A stretch of DNA of 54,408 bases, the filler included, from Bipalium vagum (Eukaryota): assembly GCA_037834085.1 (NCBI GenBank). It is 3 parts of 3 records of this genome, joined end to end, with 100 filler letters (N's around TTAATTAATTAA, not from the genome) between each part and the next. Parts side by side here need not be neighbours in the genome. Positions count along the whole stretch, not along the records: positions 17,996 to 37,348 come from JBBMKC010004720.1; positions 37,449 to 54,408 come from JBBMKC010084535.1; 1 more part is not named here. The stretch is one strand, 5' to 3'. The stretch's first letter is position 1, and each line of letters starts with the position of its first letter. Shown in pieces: positions 26,940 to 39,550 of the stretch. The position numbers and the translations under genes were made by a program. The notes under the pieces are model-generated. The model had not been told where the DNA came from. It saw nothing but the letters and a program-made list of their open reading frames with translations, and did no database searches.

Positions 26940-27460
26940 AAATTCTCGGAAAAAATTAAAATAAAATGTTAGTTCAATGTTTTATTGAAAATATCACAGG
27001 TAATATGACAAAAACCACTTAGTATAAGATATATGCACCATTGTTCTTCACAATCTACTCCCAACGATTCATCAACCTGTAAATATCTTCTTTTTAGAGA
27101 AATCATGATCTTTGGAACTTAGAAAAGATTGAAATTGTGAAATTGTTTCATCACTCAATTTGAATTTAGTGCCAGATAAACTATTCTGCAATCATCTAAA
27201 TAGGTAAGGGGCTTTGGTAGGAAAATAAGGGGCGTGTTTCAAAACTTTCCAACACAGTCTGTCAAGCTTCTGTTTTGTTAAATTTGACGTATGTGGCTCG
27301 GCGTTATCTTGTTGGAAGATTATTCCTTTTCTAATTAGATGTGAAGCCCAAGTCTTTTTGATTATTGAATTGTCTTTTTTTTAATATATAATTCCGTAGT
27401 AAGCGCATGTCCACTATTCAGAAAATTTTTATACAAAACTCCTCTAATATCCCAGAAATA
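26940..27460 (-). mobile_element. Mariner C-terminal remnant
   Basis: FWDIRGVLY, QQDNAEPHTS.LTKQKL..L.WKVLKHAPY, YLFR*LQNSLSG. Confidence 0.8.
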
Positions 27461-29608
27461 GACATTAATACCTTTTTATATAATAAAACTAATAAATCGT
27501 TATCAAATAATTTAAAGTGCAAAGTTTATCAGTGTAAAATTTTATTTTACCATTATCATGATTATGAACCTTATTTTGTAAAGAAATAAAAGCGAAATCA
27601 ATTTATTTTTATTCCAAAACCTGAAATTTATATTTTTTTAATATTATCAGTATTGGAATTTGATAAAAATATTTATCAAATATTTTAACAATGTTACACT
27701 TTTTCTCTTCAATATTTTATGATATACTAATGAAGTTCTGTTGTTATTTATTATTAAATGTTTTGTTTATAATCTTGAAAGGTTCTCGTTTTATTTTTAA
27801 TATTTGTTAGTGCAAAACTCTTCTCTTTTATGACTTCTACTCTTCAAATTAATGAATTATTCATTTATTCATTTTAATTCCCAATATTTTATTAGAATTA
27901 TTATGTATTATAGGATTATTTAATTTGTGTTACTTCATCAACAAGTCAACTTCATTAGAATTAAATTTAAAGATTACATTTTTAATTAAAGTTTTAACGA
28001 AAAACGTGCAGTGTTAAAATATTTTAATAAATGATTAAATATTATCAATTATTTCTCAATATAATTATATTTTTAATATTGATTCATTATAATACTTCAC
28101 TTGAAAGTAGTCAATACAATTAATCCTACTCTCATTCTTTTAGTTTCTATGAACGTTTTAATTAAAATTACTTTTGTGCTTTCTTTTTATATCTCGTCAA
28201 TCTGCGCATCAATAAAAATGTGAGCTTAAAAGTGTTTTATAAAATTTTAATGACATTAAAAACCGATGGTTTGATGAAATGTTTTTGAAAATAAAGATTA
28301 TTTATGTTACTTAATGAATCATTAAAAAATGTCTACTCTTATTGATTGCAAACCAATAGATATTAATAACTATTAAACGTTTAGGATCAAAAGTGAAATA
28401 TAAATTTATTTCTGGATTGTTGTTCGTATTTACACGAAAAAACGCCGGAATGGATTATCATTTTCCATTTCATAGTTTTCAATTAAATTAATAAATATTT
28501 GTATGGAGAAAAACATAATGTTAATACAAGAGATTATTTGAGATTCTCAATCTCCTGGTAAATCTAGAACACTAATTAGACCTGTTCATGGATCAAAATT
28601 GTATGTCATTAGAGCAGATCAAACAATTGAATTAAAAGACCGAAGGTAAAGATCAAAATCATTTTAATTTAGAGAAAATGTGACTTCGACAAATATCACT
28701 CATTATATTTTAATACTAAATCTATAAGAGGGAAAATCATTTTTTCTGTCATAGAGAAATTTTGATTAAAATTATTCTGTTTCTGCAGTAAGGACTTTTT
28801 AAAACATGATTTCCTTTCAGCAATTATTTTCTTTACCATGTACAAATAATAAAAACAGTAACATTTATTAAAATAATATTTTTCTTTTAAAAATTCTTTT
28901 GCCTTACAAAATTTAGATTAAAAATCTTTTACGAGTACAATAATTTATAAACACTTTCAAAGGCAGTGCCTTAAGCGATAAGAAGTTAATTCTGAGATCT
29001 CGGGAGAGCACGTTTTACTTTTAAAAATTAATTTAATTAAAATATGAATATTTCACAAGTCTGATTATGTGTATAGGTTTATTATTGATTTAATTTTATA
29101 AATTCTGCCATTAAAGAATTCTGATCATAAAAGACACTTGATATAATCAATCGGTCAAAAAAGATAATTGAAAAAAAAATACTGAAAAATAAACAAATTA
29201 TCCATTCATATAGATATGATTCCTAAGATTCCCTTATTTGACACGATCTTATTCAATCGATTCAATTATTTGTGTGCGAGCATCTTTAGATAGTTGGGAA
29301 TAGGCTCTCCATTTCGTGTAGCAGCCCCGTAAAACACAATCAGTGTTTCTTCTTTATGTGCATTCTGTGAATATTTTGCCACTACCACAACATTTATCCA
29401 AAACATTTACAAGGTAACATAAGTTTCATAAATTACCTGATACTATTGATAGACTGTTTTTTCTTTAAAACAAAACACCCATCACTATGCTGTTTTTTAA
29501 TTTAATATCCTTTTCTTTATTATCAATAAGAAAAAGTTGAGTATTTATATAAAATCGATCAAAAAATATACTTGGTATAATCGATTGGTCAAAAAAGAGA
29601 CTTATTAG

Positions 29609-30380
29609 TAGAGGCCGGATTTTTCGTGCTGCACATTAACTCACATAATTTGGCTTTCATCAAACGAAATTCACATACAGCTTAATTGCACATAAAACGG
29701 ATTTTATGTGCAATATTTGCACATAATTAAACATTTTATTAAAAAAAATTATTTTGTTTAAATAATTTAAAATAATTCATTTTTCATATTTAATTAATAA
29801 TATTACCATTACTTCTTACAACTTGAAAAGCTTGTCCAGCAATATCAGTCCGATAAAATAGTTAGCGATGGTGTTATTTTAAAATTTCAATTATGCGATA
29901 TTATTATTAACGTTGATGATAAGCACCAAGAAAAAACTTTCATTCAATAGCATTTAAAAAGTGCTCGTCACATAAATTTTGGCTTAAAATGCAATAATAG
30001 TTTAAAGCAATTATTCATGAAAGAAATTAAATTTTATTACTGAATTTACTTTAGATTTAACCATGACATTTGTGCAATCTATAGTTTTATTATTTAAAAT
30101 CAATTCACCGGCACTCAAGGTTTTTAGGGGAAATTCACTGAGCATCATATTCACAATATACAGATTTAGTGTCTGTTGATGTTGACACTCTTTTTCTCAG
30201 CATAAATTAATTTTATTTGGTCGTATATTTGAATTTTATTGCATTTAATAATAAATTCTTGTTTAATTAGTATTTGTTTTAATTTGTGTTGCACATAATG
30301 TAGCACATAATCCACAAAAACATAGCATATAGTTATGCACATAATTCACGAATTTCTAGCACATAAAAATCCGGTGTCTA
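29609..30380 (+). mobile_element. Non-autonomous hAT element (772 bp)
   Basis: TIRs tagaggccggattttt / aaaaatccggtgtcta; 8-bp TSD cttattag/cttattaa; six GCACATAA subterminal motifs; remnant SVDV..SFSQHKLIL near 30170-30220. Confidence 0.88.
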
Positions 30381-31164
30381 CTTATTAATCATTATGGTCA
30401 AAAAAATGATCCAAGAATTCTTATTATAAAATATTAATAATTAAGTATAATAATAAGTCTTTAGTCTAAACATAAATCTCACGTTTTCTGACAAAAATAC
30501 TTACGAACCTTTCGTAGAATATATTTTGCATGAAATATGGAGGTTAAGAAACTTTTCCCAATACTTTTAGAATACTCAAGATTTAAAAGTACCATTAATT
30601 TTACTAACTGTTTTTATTAAGCAGGGTATTGCCAAAACTTCTTTATGCATAATATTGAGTGAGAATATCAATATTCACATTTTCTTTATCTCCAAAACAA
30701 GTTATTATCAAAATATCTGAATTATTTATATTTCTTATTCTAAATATAAATATTTATTATCTTGTGCAAAAATTGTAGACATTGTTGAACTCTGGAATAG
30801 TCAAACGATTCCACATATATCATTCTACCTCAAAAGTATGTTTAAATAATTAAACAAATTAAATCATTATTTTTGGTGGATCAATTAAATTTGACACTAT
30901 TAGTTGATATTTTTAGTGCCAGACCTCATTTTAAAAATTTTCGAATAAACATTTCATTGATTTGATTCCTAGGTTATTTTCTTCATTTAGATCATTAATC
31001 AACTAATTATTATTATTATTTTATCTCATTCTTAAGGGAAATGTCAGATATACATTTCAGCTCCGGTTCTTTATAACTTTATAGTATCTCCTAATGAAGA
31101 AAATCAAATTATTTTAAGATAAAAACCCCAGACTTCTGAGTTTTAATGTGGGTTTCCAATGTAA

Positions 31165-31385
31165 GGAGCTAAAACTCAATTACAATGTCAAATCCCACCG
31201 TGGCAGAGGATCAAGAGAACAGATTTGGGGATTAAAAATTGTGGACACTCAAACCTGATAACACTAAATAAAAAGGCTTAAACAATACAATTAAGCGTGT
31301 CGTTCGTCTTGGTACAATAATGTATTGCGTTGTGTGTGCAAAACACAAATACCACTTCGATTTCCAAGAAACTGGTGTACAGATA
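31165..31385 (+). mobile_element. Merlin (IS1595/ISXO2-like) transposase remnant
   Basis: KLNYNVKSHRGRGSREQIWGLKIVD, IKRVVRLGTI, HKYHFDFQETGVQ. Confidence 0.75.
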
Positions 31386-31788
31386 TATGATAATTTAATT
31401 GATCCCTTTTGCTTTGATAATGAAAAATAAGTTTAAAATTTTGTTATTTAGAATTTTTACACCTTTTAAAACTTGTCCTTATGAGAATATTAAAAATTTT
31501 CCTCAGAGCTACATTTATTAATTATAACAAAGATTGAAATTTATTTAGAATTTTTAAGGTCGTGAATCTATCCACACTATGTCATTTCCTACACCGATTT
31601 ATGTTTCTTCAATCACTAAATCTATAAAAATTTTGCTATCAGAGCATGGAAATAATTAACTGTTTCTGACAAATGATGAGTTTTATGATAATTGCTTTCT
31701 TTTGTGTTCCAGAGATAAGATAAAAAAAATTATTTTACAGAGCAGTATTTGGGAAAATACTAAATTCTTCTTGATATCTTTTCATTTA

Positions 31789-32156
31789 TTAGGTTGAGGC
31801 ATAATGTTTTGCCGAAAAAATGAAATAATTTAAAATCGAAAATTTTATTTTTTAATAAAGCATTCATCAGTAATAATAATAAAACATATCTTTCTGGTCA
31901 TTTCTGAAGCATTTTCCCCTTTCTTAAAATAGTGAAACATAATTGATCTAAAAATTGTATCTTCAGTAACCATTTCTAAAATTCAAAAAAAATACAATTT
32001 AAAACAAAAATCATATTTCATTATGATAATATCAATAAACGACTAATTATCTATTATCTAAAATATTTAAATAAATTTCGCATGAAAAATTTCAAACAAT
32101 ATCATGTCATTAAACATGATGACTAAAAATCAGTAAAACATTATGCCTCAACCTAA
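31789..32156. mobile_element. Mariner-derived MITE (368 bp)
   Basis: Perfect 22-bp TIR ttaggttgaggcataatgtttt with TA on both sides. Confidence 0.92.
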
Positions 32157-33444
32157 TATATGATTTTCTGTTTAAGTATTTTCAAAATTTTACCACATAA
32201 TAAATTAAATGTAGTTTTGAAACATTTTTTTGATTAAATAGTTATTGCTGTTCTACAGATTGAAAAATCTTGAATATACAGGGTTATCCAATAAGGTATG
32301 TAGGATGTTTATAAAGTATATCAGCCAAAAATTTATTGATTTTTTTATTTATATAATAAATGTGATATACGTCAATTTTTGTATTGAATTTTGTAATTTT
32401 GGATGGGATGAACTCTATAAATTTCTAAAATAGATATATATAATTATAATTATTTTATATTCATATTAAAAATGTAAAAATCAATATTTGTATCCTTGGG
32501 TTGAACTGTGATCTTGCTAAAAATGATTGAGATAAAAAATTAATAGCTTAATACCATAAAATAAAAATTGAAAAATTTATTTTATTTCACCTTTAAAATA
32601 GTTACAATTGGTCCGTTAAAACAAAACAAGACTAAATCGATTTTAATCCAAAAAAATTTAAATATTAAAATAACAAAAATTAAAATATTCCTGAAAAGCT
32701 GAGAAAAAATAATTTTAAACTACATCAACAAAACAAATTAACTTTGTTGTCAATTTTGTTTAAATTAAAACAAATGAAGTGAACAACTTTTCATTAATTT
32801 TAATTTTTTCAAAAGAAAGTTTTTTTTTCTTTAAAGAGCAATTTTTCTATAATTTGATTTCTGTAAGTAATAACTTTTAAAATTAAGTAATCTCGTAAAC
32901 TCACAACACTCTTCAATGGGCAATTGCTTCTTAGAAAGTCTAACACTAACATTAATTCAAGCAACGATAGTTGTGCAAAAACAAATCGGATTATTTTCAA
33001 AAGTAGATAATTATACCTTGAAATTAATTCAAACGATAAAGTGAAAAGTATCTTAAATAATAATATTATCAATATTATAAAAACTAATTAGTGTTTTCAT
33101 TATAATCTAATCAATTGCGTTGACAACGTGATTTTTTGTTGTATTTTGACAAATATTCCCAATTAGGCTTTATCGTTTTGCAGTTATAAAATTAATCATT
33201 ATTATCAAAGACTAAAAAAATGAAAATGAATAGAAACGTAAAAAATGTATTATTATACATCAACAAATCGAACAAGCGTCAAAGTAGATCTAAAATATCG
33301 GAAATTAAAAGCCAAATACTCCGGGATGCGGCAACGCACGAATTATAAAAAATGTTAGATTCTATGAAGAACACCAAAACCAAATCACAACATTTGGGCT
33401 CACAGCAGAAAGACCTTTTTGTGTTCAAACGCTAATGACATTAG

Positions 33445-33938
33445 TTACGACAATTTTTCCAGCTCTCTGAGAGCCCGACTAAGGCGTAAAACGTGTAGAA
33501 ATTCCATTTTTAAATCTTCTCTCACTGACTTGAAGAACATTTCCGGTGCAGTAAATTTCATATGTGCCAATTCTAAGAGCAATGGACCATCGATCCCCAT
33601 AAGAGGATACCCATATGTTTCCACTGGTATTTGGTGTGCAGTCAACCATGTTGTGCATTGATTTTGAGACCAATGCAGAACTTGAAGGCTCGGCTGAGAG
33701 CATACGCAGTCTGATTTATCCATGCTCAAATTTTTCAATTTTCTGCACTCCGAGCTAACTGTGTTCGGATCTTCGCCAGTAAAAAATTTCGGCACATGAT
33801 TGAGACTACTCGAGTGGTCTGACTGGATACTTGAAGCGAAATCAGTTGCGTCTGACCCACTGGAAAATGGCTGGTGGACATTGGCAGTATGTGAAGAATG
33901 TTCGGGGATTGTAATACTTTTTTCGCAACATTTTAAAC
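33445..33938 (-). CDS. Terminal exon encoding a C-terminal SAM-like domain, probably of an invertebrate ARM-TIR-SAM-type protein
   Basis: Acceptor TTGATTTTAG| at 33939-40 (phase 1); Ser-rich linker then VLHWSQNQCTTWL...GIDGPLLLELAHMKFTAPEMFFKSVREDLKMEFLHVLRLSRALREL; stop at 33445. Confidence 0.75.
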
Positions 33939-34593
33939 CTAAAATCAATATATCAATAAATAAAATAAGCCACATTACTTATAGTACTGTTTTTATCTTA
34001 GAACATCAGATTACCACCACAATGACTTATGACAAGTTAATTCTCATTTATTGTGATATCACTGTCAATTTAAATTACAAAGAACATTCCAATTGGCATT
34101 TGTTTTTCTTCTGAAAGCCTTATTCTCACAAAACAGTTTTATTAAAAATTATTTGTTAAAAGATCATAATTAAAGAGGTAAGAAATCTGAATCGGCATTG
34201 AAAATTATCTGGAATATCCTACAATACATTTTGGCACGACAGACTGAGATCAATATTAAAGGAGATATTTGGAAAAGATAGATTTTCAAAGACTTTCAAA
34301 GAACTGTTTTGTTAATAAATATCAGAGATAATCTTTCATTTTATGTCCCGAGAAAGTATGTCATTAATTTCTCACGTCACAATAAGAAAAGAGTAAATCT
34401 TTTAAAAAGACCGGAAAGCATTGAATTAGAAATGATATTGACTAAGTAATCGAAAGAAAATCAAAGAGAAATCTGTCAATGGCACTTTTCCACATTGAGG
34501 AATTTTCAAGATAATGACTTGATATTATCAAGAATAATGTTTTAAATTGCCTGATCTGATTTTGGAAAGGTATTAAGTATAATATAAAAAGTA

Positions 34594-35357
34594 TTTGGTT
34601 GGCAAGAAAATCCGTACGCCTTTTAATATTGAAATTTGTAAATCGAATTTTCATAAATTAATAATTCAATTCTTGTTCTTGTTTTAATAATATAATAATC
34701 TTACGCGATAATTTAAATATCATTATGCAAGATAAAAAACTGCATTTATGTTATATTTTGTAGTTTTATTTTGAAAAAGGTAAGTATTATATTATTTGTA
34801 AATATTATATTAAAAAAAGGTAAACGAACCTCGGATGCCTATAGGAAAATATGTAAAGTATATGGAGATGATGCTTTATCAATACTAACCCCAAGAATTA
34901 TTACGAGCTGTGCTCATCTTGCAAAACGATTAATTCAGATGTGTACTGCTCCAAATTGGCAAAGGTAAACAATGCAATCCACGAAAATGTCCAAGATTAG
35001 TAAATCGGAAGGGTATTGTCTACCAATACGACAATGCCAGGCCATATATATTTTTGGTAACCCGGAAAAAATTATTTGCCCTTGGGTGGGATGTTTTCCC
35101 TCATCCTCCATTTCACTGGACTTGGATTCTACCGGTTATCATTTGTTTCGGTCGTCGCAGAATTCCTTACACTGGAAAAAAGTTCAATGACGATGAGTGT
35201 CTGAGAAGACACATTGACACTTTTTGCCAATAAACCCCAAATTTCTATGAACATGACATCATGAATTTGGCTGAAAAGATTGATTAATTTTTTTTTGCCA
35301 AAAAAAATTTGTTTTTATTTTTTATTAAAAAGCGCACGAACTTTCTTGTCAACTCAA
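34594..35357 (+). mobile_element. Internally deleted mariner (764 bp)
   Basis: TIRs tttggttggcaagaaaatccgtacgcc / gcgcacgaactttcttgtcaactcaa with TA on both sides; remnants AYRKICKVYGDDALS and DLDSTGYHLFRSSQNSL. Confidence 0.88.
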
Positions 35358-37144
35358 TACATAAAAATTTTTTAATTTGTGATTAAAAATCAAAAAAATA
35401 GGTTATTTAAAAATTATTAACTTTGTAATGTGAAATATTTATTAATGCATCATAACTGAAGATATTAAATAAGAAATTCAAACTAATTTCTATCCCGTAT
35501 ATTAGTTATAGGTCACACCTGGTTGGAAAAAAACTTTTATTGATTATCAAAAAAGTGATAAGAAATATTTATCTTTAAAAATATTAAACGAAAAAGGTGG
35601 TGAGTAATTATTTTTCAATGTTAAAAAAGTTGCTCTCATTTTGCAGACATTGGAAATGTATAATTTATTATGAGCTTCCGCCTACCAATATAAATCATGA
35701 ATGTTATTGTGTGAGGAAATAGCTAATAGAAATTGAGCGGTCTTTCATCATAATAATAAAATCAGGAGTTCATGTTTTAAGATTTTCTGTAAATTTTCCT
35801 GGTATTGTTCTTCAGATTTTAACCTATTCGTTTTTCAAAATAGCTTATATTGCAAAAAATTTCATTATTTAAAAGATATCGAAAATTACTTGGGAAAGTA
35901 TTTCAGTCAGCAGTCCAGAAATATAATCTGAGGACATTATAAAACGTCCAATCGAAGAAGTCAAATTTTCAAAATTGATGGTGCATATATTGTTCATAAT
36001 AAATTGATTTCTGTGATTTAAAGAGAATTTTTAATTTCCTTTCAATAAACCGGCCTAACTTTCTGTTCAACATAACAGAAAAGATGGACAATAAAAAAAT
36101 AGGAAAATACTAATATCAATCTTAGATGGTTTCTTAGAAGTTTCACGAACGATCTGAAATGTATTTGATGAAATTATTCATGACAGAACCAACAATTAAA
36201 ATGATCGACACACTTTTTTCTCATAATAACAACGGTCGATGAAATTCATAAGCAAGTTTAAATATCATAAACAAAATTTTGACAACTCTACGAAGTCTAA
36301 GACTTTACTAAATAATTTTAATTCAAATATGCTTATATAAAGAGAGAAAGAGGTAAATAAATAAAGGTTCTTCATAATACAACTTCAAAAGATAATTGTA
36401 GATCAGGTATTACTTCTGGATCTTCAAAGACATGTTCTTTGAAATCAAAATGGAAATCAGAAATGGTAAAGATTGAATTTGTATAATTAATCTCAGATTC
36501 CGGAAATTTCTTTTATGGAAAACCTCAAATATCAAGACTTTTTAGGCACTCTATACGAAAAGCACTCTATTCACAATTTAATTTGGTTTCTATATATAGA
36601 AAAAAACCCATGGAGTAAAAATATGAAACTTGATTAAACAAGATTCCAATTCGAACTTCTTTTTAAAAAACGAGATCATGATGGTCATTATAGATGGTCA
36701 TTAAAATGTTTTGACTCCATTTTGATGAAATCAACCTCAATCTGAAGTAAACGAAGTAAATCATAAATTAATCTCTAACACTTATCTAAACACGAAAGCA
36801 TATTTTTCACATAATACTAACACTGATCATTTATTAACAATTATAATCATACGCTACATTAAAGTAATACTAATGGAATTCAATAAGTATAGACACCCTC
36901 AGACAAGCTTAATATATTTTGTTACATGAAATCAATATAAGTGTAAAAAATTGATCTATTCAAAGCTACTCATTTCGTTCTTAAAATAGAAAAGAAGCTC
37001 AGTCTCTTGTTCAAGGAAAGATTTGTTTAGTCTAAAAATTCCTAAAACTAATTGGTAAACAAATTTTCTATTATTGATTTTTTCTTAAAAAAAACCTTTA
37101 TCAAAATTCCGTTTTTTACCATTTTTGTTAATATTAAGATAGTA

Positions 37145-37448
37145 NNNNNNNNNNNNNNNNNNNNNNNNNNNNNNNNNNNNNNNNNNNNNNNNNNNNNNNN
37201 NNNNNNNNNNNNNNNNNNNNNNNNNNNNNNNNNNNNNNNNNNNNNNNNNNNNNNNNNNNNNNNNNNNNNNNNNNNNNNNNNNNNNNNNNNNNNNNNNNNN
37301 NNNNNNNNNNNNNNNNNNNNNNNNNNNNNNNNTAATAATAAAGATCGGNNNNNNNNNNNNNNNNNNNNNNNNNNNNNNNNNNNNNNNNNNNNTTAATTAA
37401 TTAANNNNNNNNNNNNNNNNNNNNNNNNNNNNNNNNNNNNNNNNNNNN
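37145..37448. other. Sequence gap plus second artificial spacer
   Basis: 188 N, a 16-nt island taataataaagatcgg, then 44N+TTAATTAATTAA+44N. Confidence 0.97.
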
Positions 37449-37934
37449 TTTACTGATTGTTTTGATTTGCACCACCTAAGATTTTGGAGTCAGGTTAAAT
37501 TTGATACCCTAAATATTGAACATATCATTTGATTGTTATGCAACTTTAAAATTTCATTAATTTAAAAATTTTAGTGAAAAGCGAAAAAATTAGAATTTTG
37601 AAAATCATAATTTTAACAAATGATATCAAATGTACAAAAAGGTTTTGAATATGAATTAATTCAATAATTATTCAGATCACTCTGTTGAAAATTGTTAATG
37701 AAGTTTAATATTAAGAATGTTTTATATCCACCATTTTTAAAAAAAAACATTTTCTTTGTATTTTAACTTAAATCAAGAAAAATGCATTAAATTTTTAAAA
37801 TTTAATTCAATTAAATCAACTTGTTTTAAGTAACACGATAACAGGAAATATATTAAAATTGATCTATTATTTAAAATTCAAGTATTTTTTAAATCTCAAT
37901 ATAATTTTCAAATATTGTTTTCTCTTACATTGTA

Positions 37935-39550
37935 ATGAGTGTAGTTCCAGCAACTAATCTCAATGATGGGGATAATAAGAAAGTAAACAACTCGGTTGAT
38001 CATGACTGGAAGAAAAATCTCAAAATACCACCGAAAGATAATAGAATCAAAACCAATGACGTTTTAGTTCCAAAAGGAACATCTTTTGAATCATATCATC
38101 TGAACAGAGATCTAATGAAAGCTATTTTCGAAAAAGGATGGGATACACCATCCCCAATTCAAGAACAAGGTATACCGGCTGCAATGTCAGGTAATGACAT
38201 ACTTGCGAGGGCCAAAAACGGAACCGGCAAAACTGGAGCATATGCACTCCCTTTACTCAACAAAATCAATTCCGATTTACAAGCTGTTCAGGGTTTAATA
38301 CTTGTGCCAACAAGAGAATTGGCATTACAAACAAGTCAAATCTGCATTGAACTATCAAGATATCTCAAGCTGAAAGTTATGGTAACCACAGGAGGAACTG
38401 ATCTTACTGAGGACATTTGTCGACTTAATCGTCCTGTTCATTTGGTTATTGGTACTCCTGGTCGCATTCAAGACCTGTTAAAACGAGAAGTTATCAACGG
38501 TGAATATTGCAAAACATTGGTCTTGGACGAGGCCGATAAACTTTTATCAAAAGATTTTAAAGTTATTTTCGTTGCATTTTCATATGTTCCGGTAATATCA
38601 TCGATCTAATAGGAAATCATGACCAATATCATCACTTGTTTGCCCAAAGATCGTCAAATACTCCTCTATTCTGCAACGTATCCCGTTACTCTGCATGAGT
38701 TCATGATGAAACATTTACGATCTCCTATTAAAATAAATTTGATGGAGGAGTTGACTCTGAAGGGAATAACACAATACTATGCGTATGTTAGAGAAAAGCA
38801 TAAAGTAATAATATTGATTTTGAAACTATTTTATTGATTTTAAGGTTCACTGCTTAAACACGTTGTTTTCGAAATTAGCTGTCAACCAATCGATAATTTT
38901 CTGCAACACAACGCAACGTGTTGAACTGCTTGCCAAAAAAATTACCGATTTGGGTTACTCGTGTTATTACATACACGCAAGAATGTCGCAACACTTTCGA
39001 AACAGAGTTTTCCACGACTTCCGGGCTGGTCACTGTAGAAACTTGGTGTGCACAGATCTATTTACTCGAGGAATTGATATTCCCACCGTGAACGTAGTAA
39101 TCAATTTCGATTTTCCGAAATACGCCGAAACGTACCTGCATCGGATCGGTCGTTCGGGACGGTACGGCCATTTGGGAATTGCGATTAATTTGATCACGTA
39201 CGACGACAGGTTAGTTTAGTTTTTGTTTGATTGAGAAATTTGATGTTAATTAACACACAATTCTCCTTCTTTGTCTGTCTGTCTCACACACGCGCACACG
39301 CAGGTATGCTTTGAAAGAAATCGAATCGCAGCTCGACACAAAAATTGAGGCCATTCCAAAAGACATCGACAAGCGATTGTACGTTTTGGAATACCAAAAC
39401 GAGAACAATTTCGACGAGGCCACCAAGAAAGCAGTAATAAGCGGACGCGGACTGCCCCGTTCCAGTAAGCCGAACGACGAAATAAAACGTGAAACAACAG
39501 AGATCGGCACGGAAATGGTGACAGGCACCAACGTTAATTCGTCAGGCTGA
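37935..39550 (+). CDS. DDX6: DEAD-box RNA helicase DDX6/Me31B/Dhh1/CGH-1, 476 aa, 4 exons
   Basis: Exons 37935-38561, 38613-38804, 38845-39209, 39304-39550 (1431 nt); GT-AG introns of 51, 40 and 94 nt. Motifs [98 protein letters not shown]. Confidence 0.97.

Noticed and set aside
29113-29608. About 29-bp repeats as a CRISPR-like array
   Set aside because: Few, degenerate and head-to-tail without regular unique spacers; no cas genes; eukaryotic context.
33419-34114. Overlapping ORFs around the SAM-like exon
   Set aside because: Shadow or alternative frames of the real exon.
34442-34560. FKTLFLIISSHYLEN as the TIR exon upstream of the SAM-like exon
   Set aside because: Only a superficial resemblance; it lacks the C..E motif and a convincing compatible donor.
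36367-36470. Possible exon (+ VLHNTTSKDN...KSEM|GTAAAG, or - FPESEINY...)
   Set aside because: Weak acceptors, no partner exons, no recognisable homology.
37052-37396. 114-aa ORF in the track
   Set aside because: It runs through N gaps and ends in the synthetic spacer.
39246-39531. Two minus-strand ORFs over DDX6 exon 4
   Set aside because: Antisense shadows of a GC-richer coding exon; no motifs.
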